From Longimicrobiales bacterium (GTDB lineage: Bacteria > Gemmatimonadota > Gemmatimonadetes > Longimicrobiales > Gaopeijiaceae), in NCBI GenBank assembly GCA_965226375.1, contig CBDDCX010000008.1, positions 1,056,001 through 1,120,000 on the forward strand: DNA of 64,000 nt. Direction: 5' to 3'. Shown piece by piece: positions 28,798 through 39,210 of the stretch. The notes under the pieces were generated by a model that worked only from the letters and a program-made list of their open reading frames with translations, did no database searches and had not been told where the DNA came from. Numbering within the stretch: position 1 is the stretch's first letter; each line of letters opens with the position of its first letter. The translations under genes and the position numbers were made by a program.

Positions 28798-28964
28798 CTA
28801 GTGGACTGTATCCGATGTTGTGGTGACATTCGAGCGGCGATGCATCCCGCCCGGCTTCGTTAGGACTCCTCGCAGTAGCCCTGCTATTACTCGTCGTCCT
28901 GCCTTGCCGGATCGGGCGCCTCGCCACTCTCGGTGTCTACCAAACATCAGATACAGTCCACTAG
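28798..28964. repeat. Full CTAG-bounded hairpin element (MITE-like), 167 bp
   Basis: 21/22-bp terminal IR CTAGTGGACTGTATCCGATGTT; core similar to 41089-41251. Confidence 0.85.
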
Positions 28965-29065
28965 TCCTTGGACGGCGCACGGCCTGTAGCGATGTTTGAC
29001 AGCATGCCTACTGCCATCGAGCCGACTCACCGCACGATCACCACGCTTCTCACGCGAAACCTTAG

Positions 29066-30199
29066 ATGATCTTCGAACGGACCGACACCCCTGGAGCCCG
29101 CTTTCTTCTCATGGGAGCGAGTTTCGTAATCGTCGTAGCCGGGCTGAGGCTGGGTGCCAGCATGCTGCTGCCCTTTGCGGTAGCCCTTTTCATCGCGGTC
29201 ATGAGCATGCCGCTCATGTTCTGGCTCCAACTACGTCGCGTTCCGGCGCCGCTGGCCGTTTGCCTTACGATGCTGGTTATCGGCGCGCTTCTCGGTGGTA
29301 TCATCCTTCTCGGCACTCAGTCCGTGGCGGAGCTTCAGACACAGCTGCCGGGCTATCAGGATCGGCTCCGCATTCTCTACCAGTCGTGGGTGGACGGACT
29401 GAGCACTCGGTTCGGCGTCCCCTTGGATCAGTACCTCACATTGAGTCTGATAGACCCGGGCGCAGCCATCGGCTTCTTTGGCCAAACCGCGGCTCGGGTG
29501 GTCGGGTTCTTGGGGAATACGTTTGTGGTCCTACTGATCATGGCGTTCATCCTCGCGGAGGCGACGGTCTTGCCGTTCAAGTTCAGGGCGATTCTGGGAC
29601 CCAAGGCAGGTGACGGACGCCGGATGACGAAGGTGATCCGGGAAGTTCAGGAATACCTCGGAATCAAGACGGCGGTGAGCCTGGCTACGGGCCTTCTCAT
29701 CGGCCTTCTCGCTTGGTTCTTGGGGCTCGACTTCCCGGTTTTGCTGGGACTCATCGGATTCGTGATGAACTACATTCCCACCGTGGGGTCGATTCTGGCG
29801 GCTGTCCCGGCGCTCGTGCTCAGCCTGCTGCAGTTCGGCACCCTCGGACACTTTCTGGCGGTGGCCATCTCCTATGGAGCGGTCAACACCGTGTTCGGGA
29901 ACATCATCGAACCGAACCTCATGGGAAGACGTCTGGGTCTGTCCACCCTTGTGGTGATCCTCTCCCTGTTATTTTGGGGTTGGCTCTGGGGACCGGTTGG
30001 AGCGCTTCTGGCCGTGCCACTCACCATGGTGGTGAAGATCATGCTCGAGAACACCGAAGATCTCCGTTGGATGGCGATTCTCCTCGACAAGTCTCCGCCG
30101 CAGGCCGCGGGATCCTTCGGTCCCCGCACACCGTCGAGTCTGGACAGCCCTGAGAGTCCTGACACGCCGGCAAATCCGAACGAGATGGGAGTAGCTTAA
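29066..30199 (+). CDS. AI-2E family transporter
   Basis: YLGIKT, NYIPTVGS, GNIIEPNLMG, FWGWLWGPVGALLAVPLT. Confidence 0.92.
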   Translation: MIFERTDTPGARFLLMGASFVIVVAGLRLGASMLLPFAVALFIAVMSMPLMFWLQLRRVPAPLAVCLTMLVIGALLGGIILLGTQSVAELQTQLPGYQDRLRILYQSWVDGLSTRFGVPLDQYLTLSLIDPGAAIGFFGQTAARVVGFLGNTFVVLLIMAFILAEATVLPFKFRAILGPKAGDGRRMTKVIREVQEYLGIKTAVSLATGLLIGLLAWFLGLDFPVLLGLIGFVMNYIPTVGSILAAVPALVLSLLQFGTLGHFLAVAISYGAVNTVFGNIIEPNLMGRRLGLSTLVVILSLLFWGWLWGPVGALLAVPLTMVVKIMLENTEDLRWMAILLDKSPPQAAGSFGPRTPSSLDSPESPDTPANPNEMGVA

Positions 30200-30702
30200 T
30201 GCCGAGAGTACCGTTCGAGACGCTCCCAGACGCATCACGTCTCTGGGTCTTCGGCGTAGGAAGAGACCTCGAAGAAGCTGAAGAACAGTCCTTCCTCAGC
30301 GCTGTGGACCGATTCCTCGACACATGGGCCGCACACGGCGTCACGCTGCGATGCGGTCGGGACTGGCGCCATGGCCGATTCCTGCTCGTTGCGGTTGACG
30401 AGGCGTCAGAGCCCCCGTCGGGATGCTCCATCGACGCCATGGTCGGTGTTCTCAAAGATCAGGAAAAGGTCTTGGGTGTGCCGATCGTGGACAGCTCGCC
30501 GGTCTGGTTCCTGCAGGCCGACCAGGTTCACCGGTTGTCGCGCGCGGACTTCCAACGACTGGTCGAGGACGGTACGGTCGATGCTGAGATGGTGGTCTTC
30601 GACAACACCGTTACGCGCCTGACCGAAGAGCGGGCGGGCCGGTGGGAGAGACCCGCTCGTGAGAGTTGGCACCGAAAGGCCTTCTTCCGGCACCTCGACT
30701 AG
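30199..30702 (+). CDS. Conserved hypothetical protein (SGCSID motif)
   Basis: LPDASRLWVF, WAAHG, PSGCSIDA, VFDNTV; overlaps upstream stop. Confidence 0.75.
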   Translation: MPRVPFETLPDASRLWVFGVGRDLEEAEEQSFLSAVDRFLDTWAAHGVTLRCGRDWRHGRFLLVAVDEASEPPSGCSIDAMVGVLKDQEKVLGVPIVDSSPVWFLQADQVHRLSRADFQRLVEDGTVDAEMVVFDNTVTRLTEERAGRWERPARESWHRKAFFRHLD

Positions 30703-30731
30703 TCGAAACCGAGACGAGAATCGATGGCAGT

Positions 30732-30764
30732 AAAAAGCGCCCCGGCCGATGCCGAGGCGCTTTC
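30732..30764. terminator. Intrinsic terminator between convergent genes
   Basis: AAAAAGCGCCCCGGC-CGAT-GCCGAGGCGCTTT. Confidence 0.7.
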
Positions 30765-30804
30765 TAAATCCGATGGACCGCTGTACGGTCCGGAGTGACT
30801 CGGA

Positions 30805-31011
30805 TCAGGTCAGTCTTGTCACATTTTCTGCGGCCGGACCCTTGGGACCCTCTCCCATGTCGAATGCCACGCGGTCACCCTCGGAAAGGCCCTTGAAGCC
30901 CTCGCCCTGGATCGCGGAGTAGTGTACGAAGCAATCGCCGTCACCTTCGTCGGGGGTTATGAATCCGAACCCCTTACTGTCGTTAAACCACTTAACGGTC
31001 CCCTCGGCCAT
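30805..31011 (-). CDS. Cold-shock protein
   Basis: [32 protein letters not shown]. Confidence 0.96.
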   Translation of the reverse strand: MAEGTVKWFNDSKGFGFITPDEGDGDCFVHYSAIQGEGFKGLSEGDRVAFDMGEGPKGPAAENVTRLT

Positions 31012-31087
31012 GCACCAACTCCCTCATCAGTCGTTCGGCGGGCCACGCACCTTGCGAGTGCCCATGCGTCCTCATAAGGACGGCGCC

Positions 31088-31116
31088 ACTGTACCCGCTT
31101 TCGATGTCCGGGTCAA
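31088..31116 (-). promoter_or_regulatory. sigma70-type promoter of cold-shock gene
   Basis: TTGACC-17 nt-TACAGT on - strand. Confidence 0.6.
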
Positions 31117-31156
31117 GTTGGACTGACGCGCCAAGGCGGGACCCGAGCCTGTTACG

Positions 31157-32179
31157 TCAGGTGGCGGGAAGCAGTCCGTACCGGTGACGGAGAAAGGCGG
31201 CGGCCTCTCGTTCGGCCCAGAAGGATGCGCCCCAGGGTAACGCCCCCTCGACGAAGCCCACGTGGCCACCCGTATTGGTCATGACGAGGGTCAGGTCGGG
31301 ATTGTCGGCGATAGTGGCTCGCGGGACTGCGGAAGACGGCAGGAACGGGTCATTGAGAGAGTGAAGGAGCAGGGTCGGGGTTCGGATTCTCGCGACGAAC
31401 TGATTGGAACTGCACTGTCGGTAATAGTCATCGGCGCCTGCAAAACCATGGAGAGGCGCCGTCACGGCGTCGTCGAAGGCCCTCATCGTCGCCCGTTCAC
31501 TCACGGTGCTCAAGTCGAGCAGGTTCTCGAGCAACGCCTGCTTCGCTCGAACCTTGCCCATGAGCGATTTGACGAAGTATCGAGTGTAGACGTGAGCCAT
31601 CACACCGTGTTCGAGCGCCGTCGCCCCTGCCGAAAGGTCGTAGGGGACGGAGATCGCGACGGCGGCCGAAATAGGGAAGCTGCCACGGTCGGCCTGTTCT
31701 CCGAGGAACTTCAGCAGGATGTTCCCGCCCAGGGAAAAACCCACCGCCATGATCGGTCGTCCGGGGAAACGATTTCGGAGTAGCTCCACCACCAGGGCCA
31801 CATCCTCGGTCTCACCGGAGTGATAAAAGCGTGGGGCCCGATTCATCTCTCCGGAGCAGCCTCGAAAGTTGAGTCCCACAGAGCGCAGACCTTGTCGAGA
31901 CAGGGCCTGAAACATCTCGATCACGTATCCCCGCCGGGTGTGTCCTTCGAGACCGTGGAGCACCAGAACCACCGGCCCCGCAGAATCCGTCTCGGGTATC
32001 CAGGCCAGGTCCAGGAAGTCGTCGTCGGGTGTGTCGATGCGTTCCACCGTCACGCCAAGCTGTGGCTTGGGACGCAACAGCTTTCCAGCCAGGGTCTGCG
32101 CATGGGCGCCCGGAAGCCACCACGGTTGGAGAAATGGAGACTGAGCCCATGTGTCCTGAGCGAGGCGATCAGTGCTCAA
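31157..32179 (-). CDS. YheT-family alpha/beta hydrolase
   Basis: HAQT, LHGLEG, FRGCSG, YHSG, GFSLGG, DPF, GGHVGF; TTG 32179 start inferred. Confidence 0.88.
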   Translation of the reverse strand: MSTDRLAQDTWAQSPFLQPWWLPGAHAQTLAGKLLRPKPQLGVTVERIDTPDDDFLDLAWIPETDSAGPVVLVLHGLEGHTRRGYVIEMFQALSRQGLRSVGLNFRGCSGEMNRAPRFYHSGETEDVALVVELLRNRFPGRPIMAVGFSLGGNILLKFLGEQADRGSFPISAAVAISVPYDLSAGATALEHGVMAHVYTRYFVKSLMGKVRAKQALLENLLDLSTVSERATMRAFDDAVTAPLHGFAGADDYYRQCSSNQFVARIRTPTLLLHSLNDPFLPSSAVPRATIADNPDLTLVMTNTGGHVGFVEGALPWGASFWAEREAAAFLRHRYGLLPAT

Positions 32180-32749
32180 CGGATCCCTCGTCTGCGGATC
32201 GCGTCCATGGTGGAGCGAGATCGAGAATGCGGGCGTAGACGGGACAGTTGGGGTCGTGCGCACCCGGCAGATAGCCGATGCTCATCAGAAATTCTCCGGT
32301 GATCTCGCCGCCCGTGAATCGGAACGTCTGCTTGAAGAGCTTAACCCAATCGAGCTTTGGCCTCGGTGGTGGGTTTCCAGCCATCCGGAAAAGGAACCGT
32401 GCGAGTCACGAATTTCGAGGATGCATGAGGCGTTGTGGATGGCGGCATCCACCTTGAGGCGATTGCGTATGACTCCGGGGTCGGCCAACAACCGGGCTCG
32501 ATCGGCATCGCCATAGCTGGCCACCGTAGCTACGTCGAAGTTGTCGTAGGCCTGCTCGAAGGTGTCCCACTTCTTGAGGATCGTCAGCCAGGAAAGCCCA
32601 GCCTGGTTGATCTCCAGCACGAGTCGGCCAAAGAGTCGGTCGCCGCTCGTGACAGGGAACCCGTACTCCTTGTCATGATACGGGCCGTGGAAAGGATGGC
32701 CCGCGGCGGCCCCGCAGTAACCCTGCAGGGCGGGTGTGGAATCGATCAT
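32169..32749 (-). pseudogene. tag: DNA-3-methyladenine glycosylase I, frameshifted
   Basis: YHDKEYG, LEINQAGLSWLTILKK, IRNRLKV, then shift near 32365 into WVKLFKQTFRFTGGEI...GAHDPNC. Confidence 0.85.
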
Positions 32750-33064
32750 TTCGTGAATGTAACGAGGGCGCTCCAGAAGTGGGACGCCAAAGTACATCGA
32801 AGGCAGTCGCAACCCAATTGCCATTTGAGGCGTCACACTAATAAGGGACGGGACAGCCTGGGGCCCCACTTCGGCCGTGCTCGTCAAGGGGATCCTGCGG
32901 AGAGAAGAGGGAGGTAGGGACGAATGTCGATGTCCAGCAATGACCCGGGCTCTCGGGGCTCGCGGAGAGAAGGCAAGGATCGGTCCGACTCGGGACCCGA
33001 GCGCAGAGGCATGCACCCGGAGGACGAGAAGCTCATCAGCAAGCCGCTGTCTGGCCAGGACGAG

Positions 33065-34549
33065 ATGATGCGCGTGGCCATCGCCGGCTTCCTCGGCCTC
33101 TTTGTGGTGAGCATGGCTCTGGCACAATCCCGGCAAAGCCCGGAACCGATTCCGGAGCCTCAGTTCACGCCCATGGCACCCGCGCTTCCTCCGGCACCGC
33201 CTCCGGAGATCGTCGAGTTGCTGCCCCCCCCACCCGTGGCTCCCATACGTGCCTCGGGTGACAACCGGCTCTATGGGCGGGTCGTCACGGCCAGGGGGCG
33301 CGAGTACGAAGGGTATATCCGCTGGGACAGAAATGAAGGCAGTTGGGCCGACCTGCTCGACGCCAATAAAAGGGTCCCGTCTCGTAACGTGGCGCGCCGA
33401 TTCCGAGACGAGGAGCGTCGCTTCCGCGATGAAGAGAGGCACGTACGGGACCAGGCACGCAGGGTGCGTGATGAGGAGCGCCGGGACCGCGATGAGGAAC
33501 GTCGCGATCGAAACATGCGCCGCGCCCGGACCGAACGGGATCGCAGCGACCGACATATCGAGGTACGTGGCGTGCGCGTGTCCTGGAGAGACAACGATCT
33601 GTCCAGCAGCGTCTCATCGGGCATCCGCTTCGGCCACATCCGTCGCATCGAGGTGCTGAACAGCCGCTCCGCTCTAATCGCCCTCAGGTCGGGTGAGGAG
33701 GTGCAACTCGACGGGAATGCCACCGATCTCGGATCGGGACTTCGGCGTTTGGTTGTGGCGGACCCGGATCATGGGGACGTGGAGCTTCGCTGGCGGGACA
33801 TCGATTCGGTCGAGTTCATGGATTCGCCGACGGGAGATTTCGAGCAGGCCCGAGAAGAGAGCCTATATGGCACGATGGTCACCCGTTCCGGGATGGAATT
33901 CAGCGGGTACGTGTCGTGGGACGTCGACGAGATTTTCCACTCCGACATTCTTGATGGTGAAGAGGGGGGAATCGATCGTGAGATCCGATTCGGCGATGTG
34001 GCGAGAATCGCTCGCAACAGCTCGGGGTCGGCCCGCGTGACCCTACAGGACGGTGAGGAGCTCGTCCTCCGCGGGACCAACGACGTTGATTCCAGCAACA
34101 ATGGTATCTCCATCTCTGATCCCGCTCTCGGCCAGGTGAAGGTGGATTGGAACGAGTTCGAGGAGATTCGCTTCCATGAGCCCGAGAGTCATATGGGCTG
34201 GGATGCATTCGACGGAGGCCATCGCCTCTACGGAACGGTGACCACGCTCGCTGGAGACGAACTCACGGGATACGTGCTCTGGGACAACGATGAGGCGTAC
34301 AGCTGGGAGATGCTCAACGGTGAAAACGACGACGTCAAATTCCACGTCGAGTTCGGTCAGATCGAATCCGTGAAGCACCGTTCGCACAGGGGCGCCACCG
34401 TAACGTTGTTGGACGGCCGGAGCTTACAACTGTCCAACTCGCACGACGTTAGTGACGGCAATCGTGGAATCGTGGTTACCACCGAGGACGGTGACGCGAC
34501 GCTGGTGAGTTGGGAGAACTTTGAAGAGGTGCGCTTCCATACGCGTTAG
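33065..34549 (+). CDS. Secreted hypothetical protein with three repeated modules and an RDEERR tract
   Basis: Signal peptide, Pro-rich linker, three LYG.(V/M).T..G.E..GY..WD..E repeats. Confidence 0.7.
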   Translation: MMRVAIAGFLGLFVVSMALAQSRQSPEPIPEPQFTPMAPALPPAPPPEIVELLPPPPVAPIRASGDNRLYGRVVTARGREYEGYIRWDRNEGSWADLLDANKRVPSRNVARRFRDEERRFRDEERHVRDQARRVRDEERRDRDEERRDRNMRRARTERDRSDRHIEVRGVRVSWRDNDLSSSVSSGIRFGHIRRIEVLNSRSALIALRSGEEVQLDGNATDLGSGLRRLVVADPDHGDVELRWRDIDSVEFMDSPTGDFEQAREESLYGTMVTRSGMEFSGYVSWDVDEIFHSDILDGEEGGIDREIRFGDVARIARNSSGSARVTLQDGEELVLRGTNDVDSSNNGISISDPALGQVKVDWNEFEEIRFHEPESHMGWDAFDGGHRLYGTVTTLAGDELTGYVLWDNDEAYSWEMLNGENDDVKFHVEFGQIESVKHRSHRGATVTLLDGRSLQLSNSHDVSDGNRGIVVTTEDGDATLVSWENFEEVRFHTR

Positions 34550-34603
34550 CCGCCGGACATGTATAGGCGCAATCACTGAGCCTCTCTGAATCGCCGAGGG
34601 GTA

Positions 34604-34643
34604 GCAGGGGAGCTTCCCGAGGGGGGGGCTCCCCTGTCGTTTT
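34604..34643 (+). terminator. Intrinsic terminator
   Basis: GCAGGGGAGCTTCCC/GGGGGGCTCCCCTGT stem followed by TTTT. Confidence 0.6.
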
Positions 34644-34734
34644 GGTACGGACGTTATCGTGAATCGCCCTTTCAGGGATGCTGTATCCCGGCGAAGTTGA
34701 CGGCTCACGTAACACTCTTCGGAACCGTCTCGTC

Positions 34735-36642
34735 ATGAAACCCATCGCGCGTTCTTGTCCTCTCTTGATTGGATCGTTGGCCGTGGTCCTGTCCGGGTGC
34801 TCCGACGTCCGCTCACCGATTCTCACGGAAGAGGGAATCTCCTGGGAGTTGGCCGAGTTCCGTAAGGCGACCCTTACCGACATTCGTTACGAGTACGTGC
34901 TCAAGGTGCCCAAAGAGCGCCTTGCGGCTCTGGAGGGGTCGGTAGCCGTCGATTTCGCGTGGGCCGACCCCGAACGCGCCGACGTCATTCTGGATTTCAA
35001 AGACCCCGACGAGCGGGTGAGCGCCGTCAGGGCAAACGGGGTCTCGGTGGAGTGGGAGACCCTCAACGATCATGTGGTCGTCCATGCCGAGGCTCTGAAC
35101 GCCGAGGCGCGGAACCGCATCGAAATCGAGTTCGCCGCCGGGGACGAAGCTCTCAACCGCAACGACGACTTTCTGTACACGCTCTTCGTTCCCGATCAAG
35201 CGCATTTTTCCTTGCCGCTTTTCGATCAGCCGAACCTTAAGGCTCGATTCACCCTCACGCTCGAGGTGCCGGAGGGCTGGGTGGCGGTGGCCAACGGGGA
35301 GGAGACTGGGGTCAGACGGTTCCCCGGCGGAGGCCGGCGGCACTACCTACGTCTTCTCCGAGACCGAACCCATCCCGACCTATCTCTTCGCTTTTGCCGT
35401 CGGCGATTTCCAGATCGAGACCGGCGAGCGTGGGGGGCGCATCATGAGGATGTTCCACAGAGAGACGGACGTCGAGGCGGTGGCAAGAAATCGAGAGGCC
35501 ATCTTCGACCTGCACGGAACAGCCCTGGACTGGCTGGAGGAATATACCGGTATCCCATACCCATTCGGGAAGTTCGACTTCGTGCTAATCCCGCCGTTCC
35601 AGTACGGCGGGATGGAGCACCCGGGCTCGATTTTCTACCGCCAGTCCAGCCACATGCTGGACGAGTCGGCCACCCAGGCCCAGTATCTGGGCCGGGCCAG
35701 CGTCATCGCCCATGAGACGGCTCACATGTGGTTTGGTGATCTGGTCACCATGAACTGGTTCGACGACGTCTGGAGGACCCGCTGGTGAGAGGAATAGCGT
35801 GGGTAACGTTGTGGGATGCCGTTCTCGAAGGAGAGCTGGCCCCCACGGCCTGGATGGACCTACTGCTCAGAGGCCTGGAGACGGAGTCCGTCGAACAGAA
35901 CGTCCAGCGCATCCTGGGATACCTGGGCACGGCGTTCTGGCGGCTCACGCGCGAGGCTGAGCGACAGGAGCTGGCTCCGAGTCTCGAGAGCACGTTGTGG
36001 TCGGGCATCGAAACTTCAGAGTCTCCCACGTTGGCCGCGACCTACTTCAGAGCCTGGAGGGGAATCGTGACGTCTCCGGAAGGAGTCGAGCGTCTGGAGC
36101 GCATCTGGGACGAGGCCATGGAGGTGCCGGGCGTCTCGTTGTCGGAGCGGGACTTCACCGCCCTCGCCGAGGCGCTCGCCGTGCGAGACGTACCCGACGT
36201 GGAAGGAATCCTGGCCCGTCAGGCCGAGCGCATCGAGAACCCTGACCGAAAGGCACGGTTCGAATTCATTCGCCCGGCGCTCTCCAGCGATCCGGCAGTG
36301 CGCGAGCGCTTCTTCGCCGAGCTCAGCGACCCCGCCAATCGAGAGCGCGAGCCGTGGGTGCGGTCGGGGCTAGGTGCCTTGCATCACCCTCTCCGCTCGG
36401 CTCACTCACGCCAGTTCATCTTGCCGAGCTTGGCGCTCGTTCAAGAGATCCAGCGCACGGGAGATATCTTCTTTCCGAAGGGGTGGCTCGACTCCACCCT
36501 GGGCGGTCACAACTCGGTGGAAGCGGCTCGTATCGTCCGTGCCTTCCCGGAAGGGCTTAGGCCCGACTACCCGGCACGGTTGCGAGCAAAGATCCTCCAG
36601 TCGGCGGACATGCTCTTTCGTGCGGCGCAGATTGGGGGCTAA
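34735..36642 (+). pseudogene. M1 family aminopeptidase, frameshifted and internally deleted
   Basis: FDQPNLKARF; shift at ~35300-35345; GGMEH, HETAHMWFGDLVT; after DDVW jumps to LEDPLVRGIAWVTLWD of the C-terminal domain. Confidence 0.85.
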
Positions 36643-37193
36643 AGCTTGGGTAGCGTAACCCCGACTTGGTCCTGGTACTTTCCGTGCCGGTCGGCGTAGG
36701 CCACGCTTGGCTCCTCATCACCCTCGAAGAAGAGGAGTTGGGCGATCCCCTCACCTCCGTAGATTTTTGCGGGAAGCGGTGTGGTGTTCGAGATCTCGAG
36801 CGTGAGATACCCACACCAGGTGGGTTCCAGGGGGGTCACGTTCACGATGATGCCACAACGCGCGTATGTGCTCTTGCCGACGCACACGACCAGCACGTCG
36901 CGCGGAATCCGGAAGTACTCCTCGGTCCGGGCGAGGGCGAACGAGTTCGGCGGAATGATGCATTCGGCTTCGTTCACGTCCACGAAGGAGCGGTCATCGA
37001 AGTTCTTCGGATCGACGATGACGCTGTGGACGTTGGTAAAGACCTTGAATTCGGTGGCGACTCGGATGTCGTAACCGTAGGAGGACAGGCCATACGAGAT
37101 GTTGCCGTTCTTGACCTGGGCGGCCTCAAAGGGCTCGATCATTCCGTGCTCTTCGGCCATCCTACGGATCCAGTTGTCGCTCTTGATCGGCAT
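36639..37193 (-). CDS. dcd: dCTP deaminase
   Basis: [32 protein letters not shown]. Confidence 0.95.
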   Translation of the reverse strand: MPIKSDNWIRRMAEEHGMIEPFEAAQVKNGNISYGLSSYGYDIRVATEFKVFTNVHSVIVDPKNFDDRSFVDVNEAECIIPPNSFALARTEEYFRIPRDVLVVCVGKSTYARCGIIVNVTPLEPTWCGYLTLEISNTTPLPAKIYGGEGIAQLLFFEGDEEPSVAYADRHGKYQDQVGVTLPKL

Positions 37194-37355
37194 GTCGGCG
37201 TGACTCGGAGTGTTATGGGTGAGGTTCAGCGCTGTTGCGAGAACGAAGGCTCGGAAGGGAGAAAGGTACCCGTGCCCGCAAGGGGACGGACGCTCAAAAT
37301 ACGACTGCTTGGGACGGTACTGCAAACCGGCCTCTCAGAGGTCCCGAAACGCGGG

Positions 37356-37385
37356 TTGACACTTCTTCGAGGCTTGGAATACCTT
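37356..37385 (+). promoter_or_regulatory. Candidate nuo operon promoter
   Basis: TTGACA-18 nt-TACCTT. Confidence 0.5.
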
Positions 37386-37434
37386 TCGGCGTCCTTCAAG
37401 TGAACGATTTCACAAGCCACCTCATAAGGCTGCC

Positions 37435-37791
37435 ATGTCGGGATCATACATCCCGCTTTTGATCCTCTTCGGCGTGTCGGTCATCAACGCGCTTGGAATG
37501 GGTATCGCCTCCCATGTTCTCAACCCGAGGCGACCCACTCCCCACAAGGAGATGCCCTACGAGTCGGGCATGATTCCGCTGGGTGATGCGCGCGCCCGAT
37601 TCTCAGTAAAATTCTACCTGGTGGCCATCAGCTTCATCGTCTTCGATCTGGAGACCATCTTTCTCATCCCCTGGGCAGTGGAGATGCGGGAACTCGGCTG
37701 GGGGGCGTTCGTAGCGGTCAGCATGTTCGTGGCGGTACTGGCCATGGGACTCGTTTACGAGTGGAAAAAAGGAGGGCTCGAATGGGATTGA
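37435..37791 (+). CDS. nuoA: NADH-quinone oxidoreductase subunit A
   Basis: [22 protein letters not shown]. Confidence 0.95.
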   Translation: MSGSYIPLLILFGVSVINALGMGIASHVLNPRRPTPHKEMPYESGMIPLGDARARFSVKFYLVAISFIVFDLETIFLIPWAVEMRELGWGAFVAVSMFVAVLAMGLVYEWKKGGLEWD

Positions 37792-38498
37792 ACGAGGGTG
37801 GCACAGCCGATCAGAACGTAGAAGACGCCCAGGCCTTGGGGCACTCGGGTGGTGACAAACCAGGCCTCATGGGTGCGGGCGGCCCTACGTTTCTGACCAC
37901 CAAAGTCGATTTTGTCGTGAACTGGGCGCGCCGGAACTCTCTATGGCCCATGCCGTTTGGCACGGCCTGTTGTGCCATCGAGATGATGGCTTCCGCCGCG
38001 TCCAACTACGATCTGGCACGCTTCGGCATGGAGCGAATGTCGTTCAGTCCCCGCCAGGCCGACGTCTTGATCTGCGCGGGCCGGGTGCCCTACAAGCTGG
38101 CACCGGTGCTTCGCCGCATCTACGACCAGATGATGCAACCCAAGTGGGTCGTCTCCATGGGTGCCTGCGCCAGTTCGGGTGGAGTATTCGACACCTACTC
38201 CATGGTCCAAGGAATCGACACGATCATTCCGGTAGACGTCTATGTGCCCGGATGTCCTCCGCGTCCCGAGGGGCTCATATACGGCCTCATGATGATCCAG
38301 GAGAAGATCCGGGGCGAAAGCTTGGCCCGCCATCATGAGCTCAGGGCGGAGGATCCTGCCCTGGTCGGCCTTCCAAAGGCGAGCGACGAAGAAGTGGCAG
38401 CGCTCTCCGGTGTCTTCGGTAACTCGACCCAGCAGGAACGCCTCGCAGGCTTGGCCCAGACCAAACGTCCGGCCCGCCCAGAGGATCTCCTACCGTAG
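37782..38498 (+). CDS. nuoB: NADH-quinone oxidoreductase subunit B
   Basis: [32 protein letters not shown]. Confidence 0.96.
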   Translation: MGLNEGGTADQNVEDAQALGHSGGDKPGLMGAGGPTFLTTKVDFVVNWARRNSLWPMPFGTACCAIEMMASAASNYDLARFGMERMSFSPRQADVLICAGRVPYKLAPVLRRIYDQMMQPKWVVSMGACASSGGVFDTYSMVQGIDTIIPVDVYVPGCPPRPEGLIYGLMMIQEKIRGESLARHHELRAEDPALVGLPKASDEEVAALSGVFGNSTQQERLAGLAQTKRPARPEDLLP

Positions 38499-38508
38499 GC
38501 GGCCCGAC

Positions 38509-39210
38509 ATGGTAGACGACGACGGCTCCGCGTTCGACGCGGTGGAGGCGGGACCGGAAGCCTCTGACGTGCCGGCCGAACCTATGAGAGGAACGGCGGA
38601 CCAGGCGCTCGAGCACCCTTCCGTGACCGCCTTGAGCGATCGCTTCGGAGAAGCCGTGCTCCACCACGAGGTGCAGTGCGGAGACCAGCACGTCGTGTTT
38701 ATCGAGCCCTCGCGTAACACCGAATTGCTCGGATGGCTGCAGGCAGATCCGGACCAGGCCTACGATCTCCTCGTGGACGTTACGGCTGTCGACTACGGTG
38801 AGGGCCGTCCGATCCAGGTAGTGTACCAGCTGTGGTCGGTGATCCATCGGCGCGCTCTTCGGATCAAGTGCGAGCTCGCTCTAGACGCGCTTAGCGTGGA
38901 GAGTGTCGCACCCATCTGGAAGACGGCCGATTGGTTGGAGCGTGAGGTTTATGACCTGTTCGGCGTCGAGTTCACCGGACACCCTGATCTGCGCCGAATC
39001 TTGATGCCGCAGAACTATGCTGAGGGCCACCCGTTGAGAAAGGACTTTCCACTCAGGGGGCGCTTCTCCCGAGCCGAGCAGACCAAGCGTGCTCTTTCTC
39101 AGGATTATCACGACTACTACACGCCGGAAATGCTCGAAATGGGAGGCATACCGGCTCTTCTGCCGTCGGAGCCGGACCCGTCAGCCCCGGACGTAGAGGA
39201 CGCTTCGTGA
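38509..39210 (+). CDS. nuoC: NADH-quinone oxidoreductase subunit C
   Basis: ADWLEREVYDLFG, GHPDLRRI, GHPLRKDFP. Confidence 0.95.
   Translation: MVDDDGSAFDAVEAGPEASDVPAEPMRGTADQALEHPSVTALSDRFGEAVLHHEVQCGDQHVVFIEPSRNTELLGWLQADPDQAYDLLVDVTAVDYGEGRPIQVVYQLWSVIHRRALRIKCELALDALSVESVAPIWKTADWLEREVYDLFGVEFTGHPDLRRILMPQNYAEGHPLRKDFPLRGRFSRAEQTKRALSQDYHDYYTPEMLEMGGIPALLPSEPDPSAPDVEDAS

Noticed and set aside
32360..32375. Programmed frameshift in tag (or at 18895)
   Set aside because: No slippery heptamer; a single-base loss in a short C/G run is simpler
33395..33550. CRISPR-like repeat
   Set aside because: Degenerate in-frame coding repeat without spacers; no CRISPR array or cas genes seen in the window
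32750..33556. N-terminal 269 aa of the 423-aa ORF as a novel tag fusion
   Set aside because: Mostly antisense to the 33065 gene; glycosylase similarity starts at ATG 32749
35785..35788. TGA read-through or selenocysteine in the aminopeptidase
   Set aside because: The downstream part is in another frame and a large segment is missing; deletion explains it
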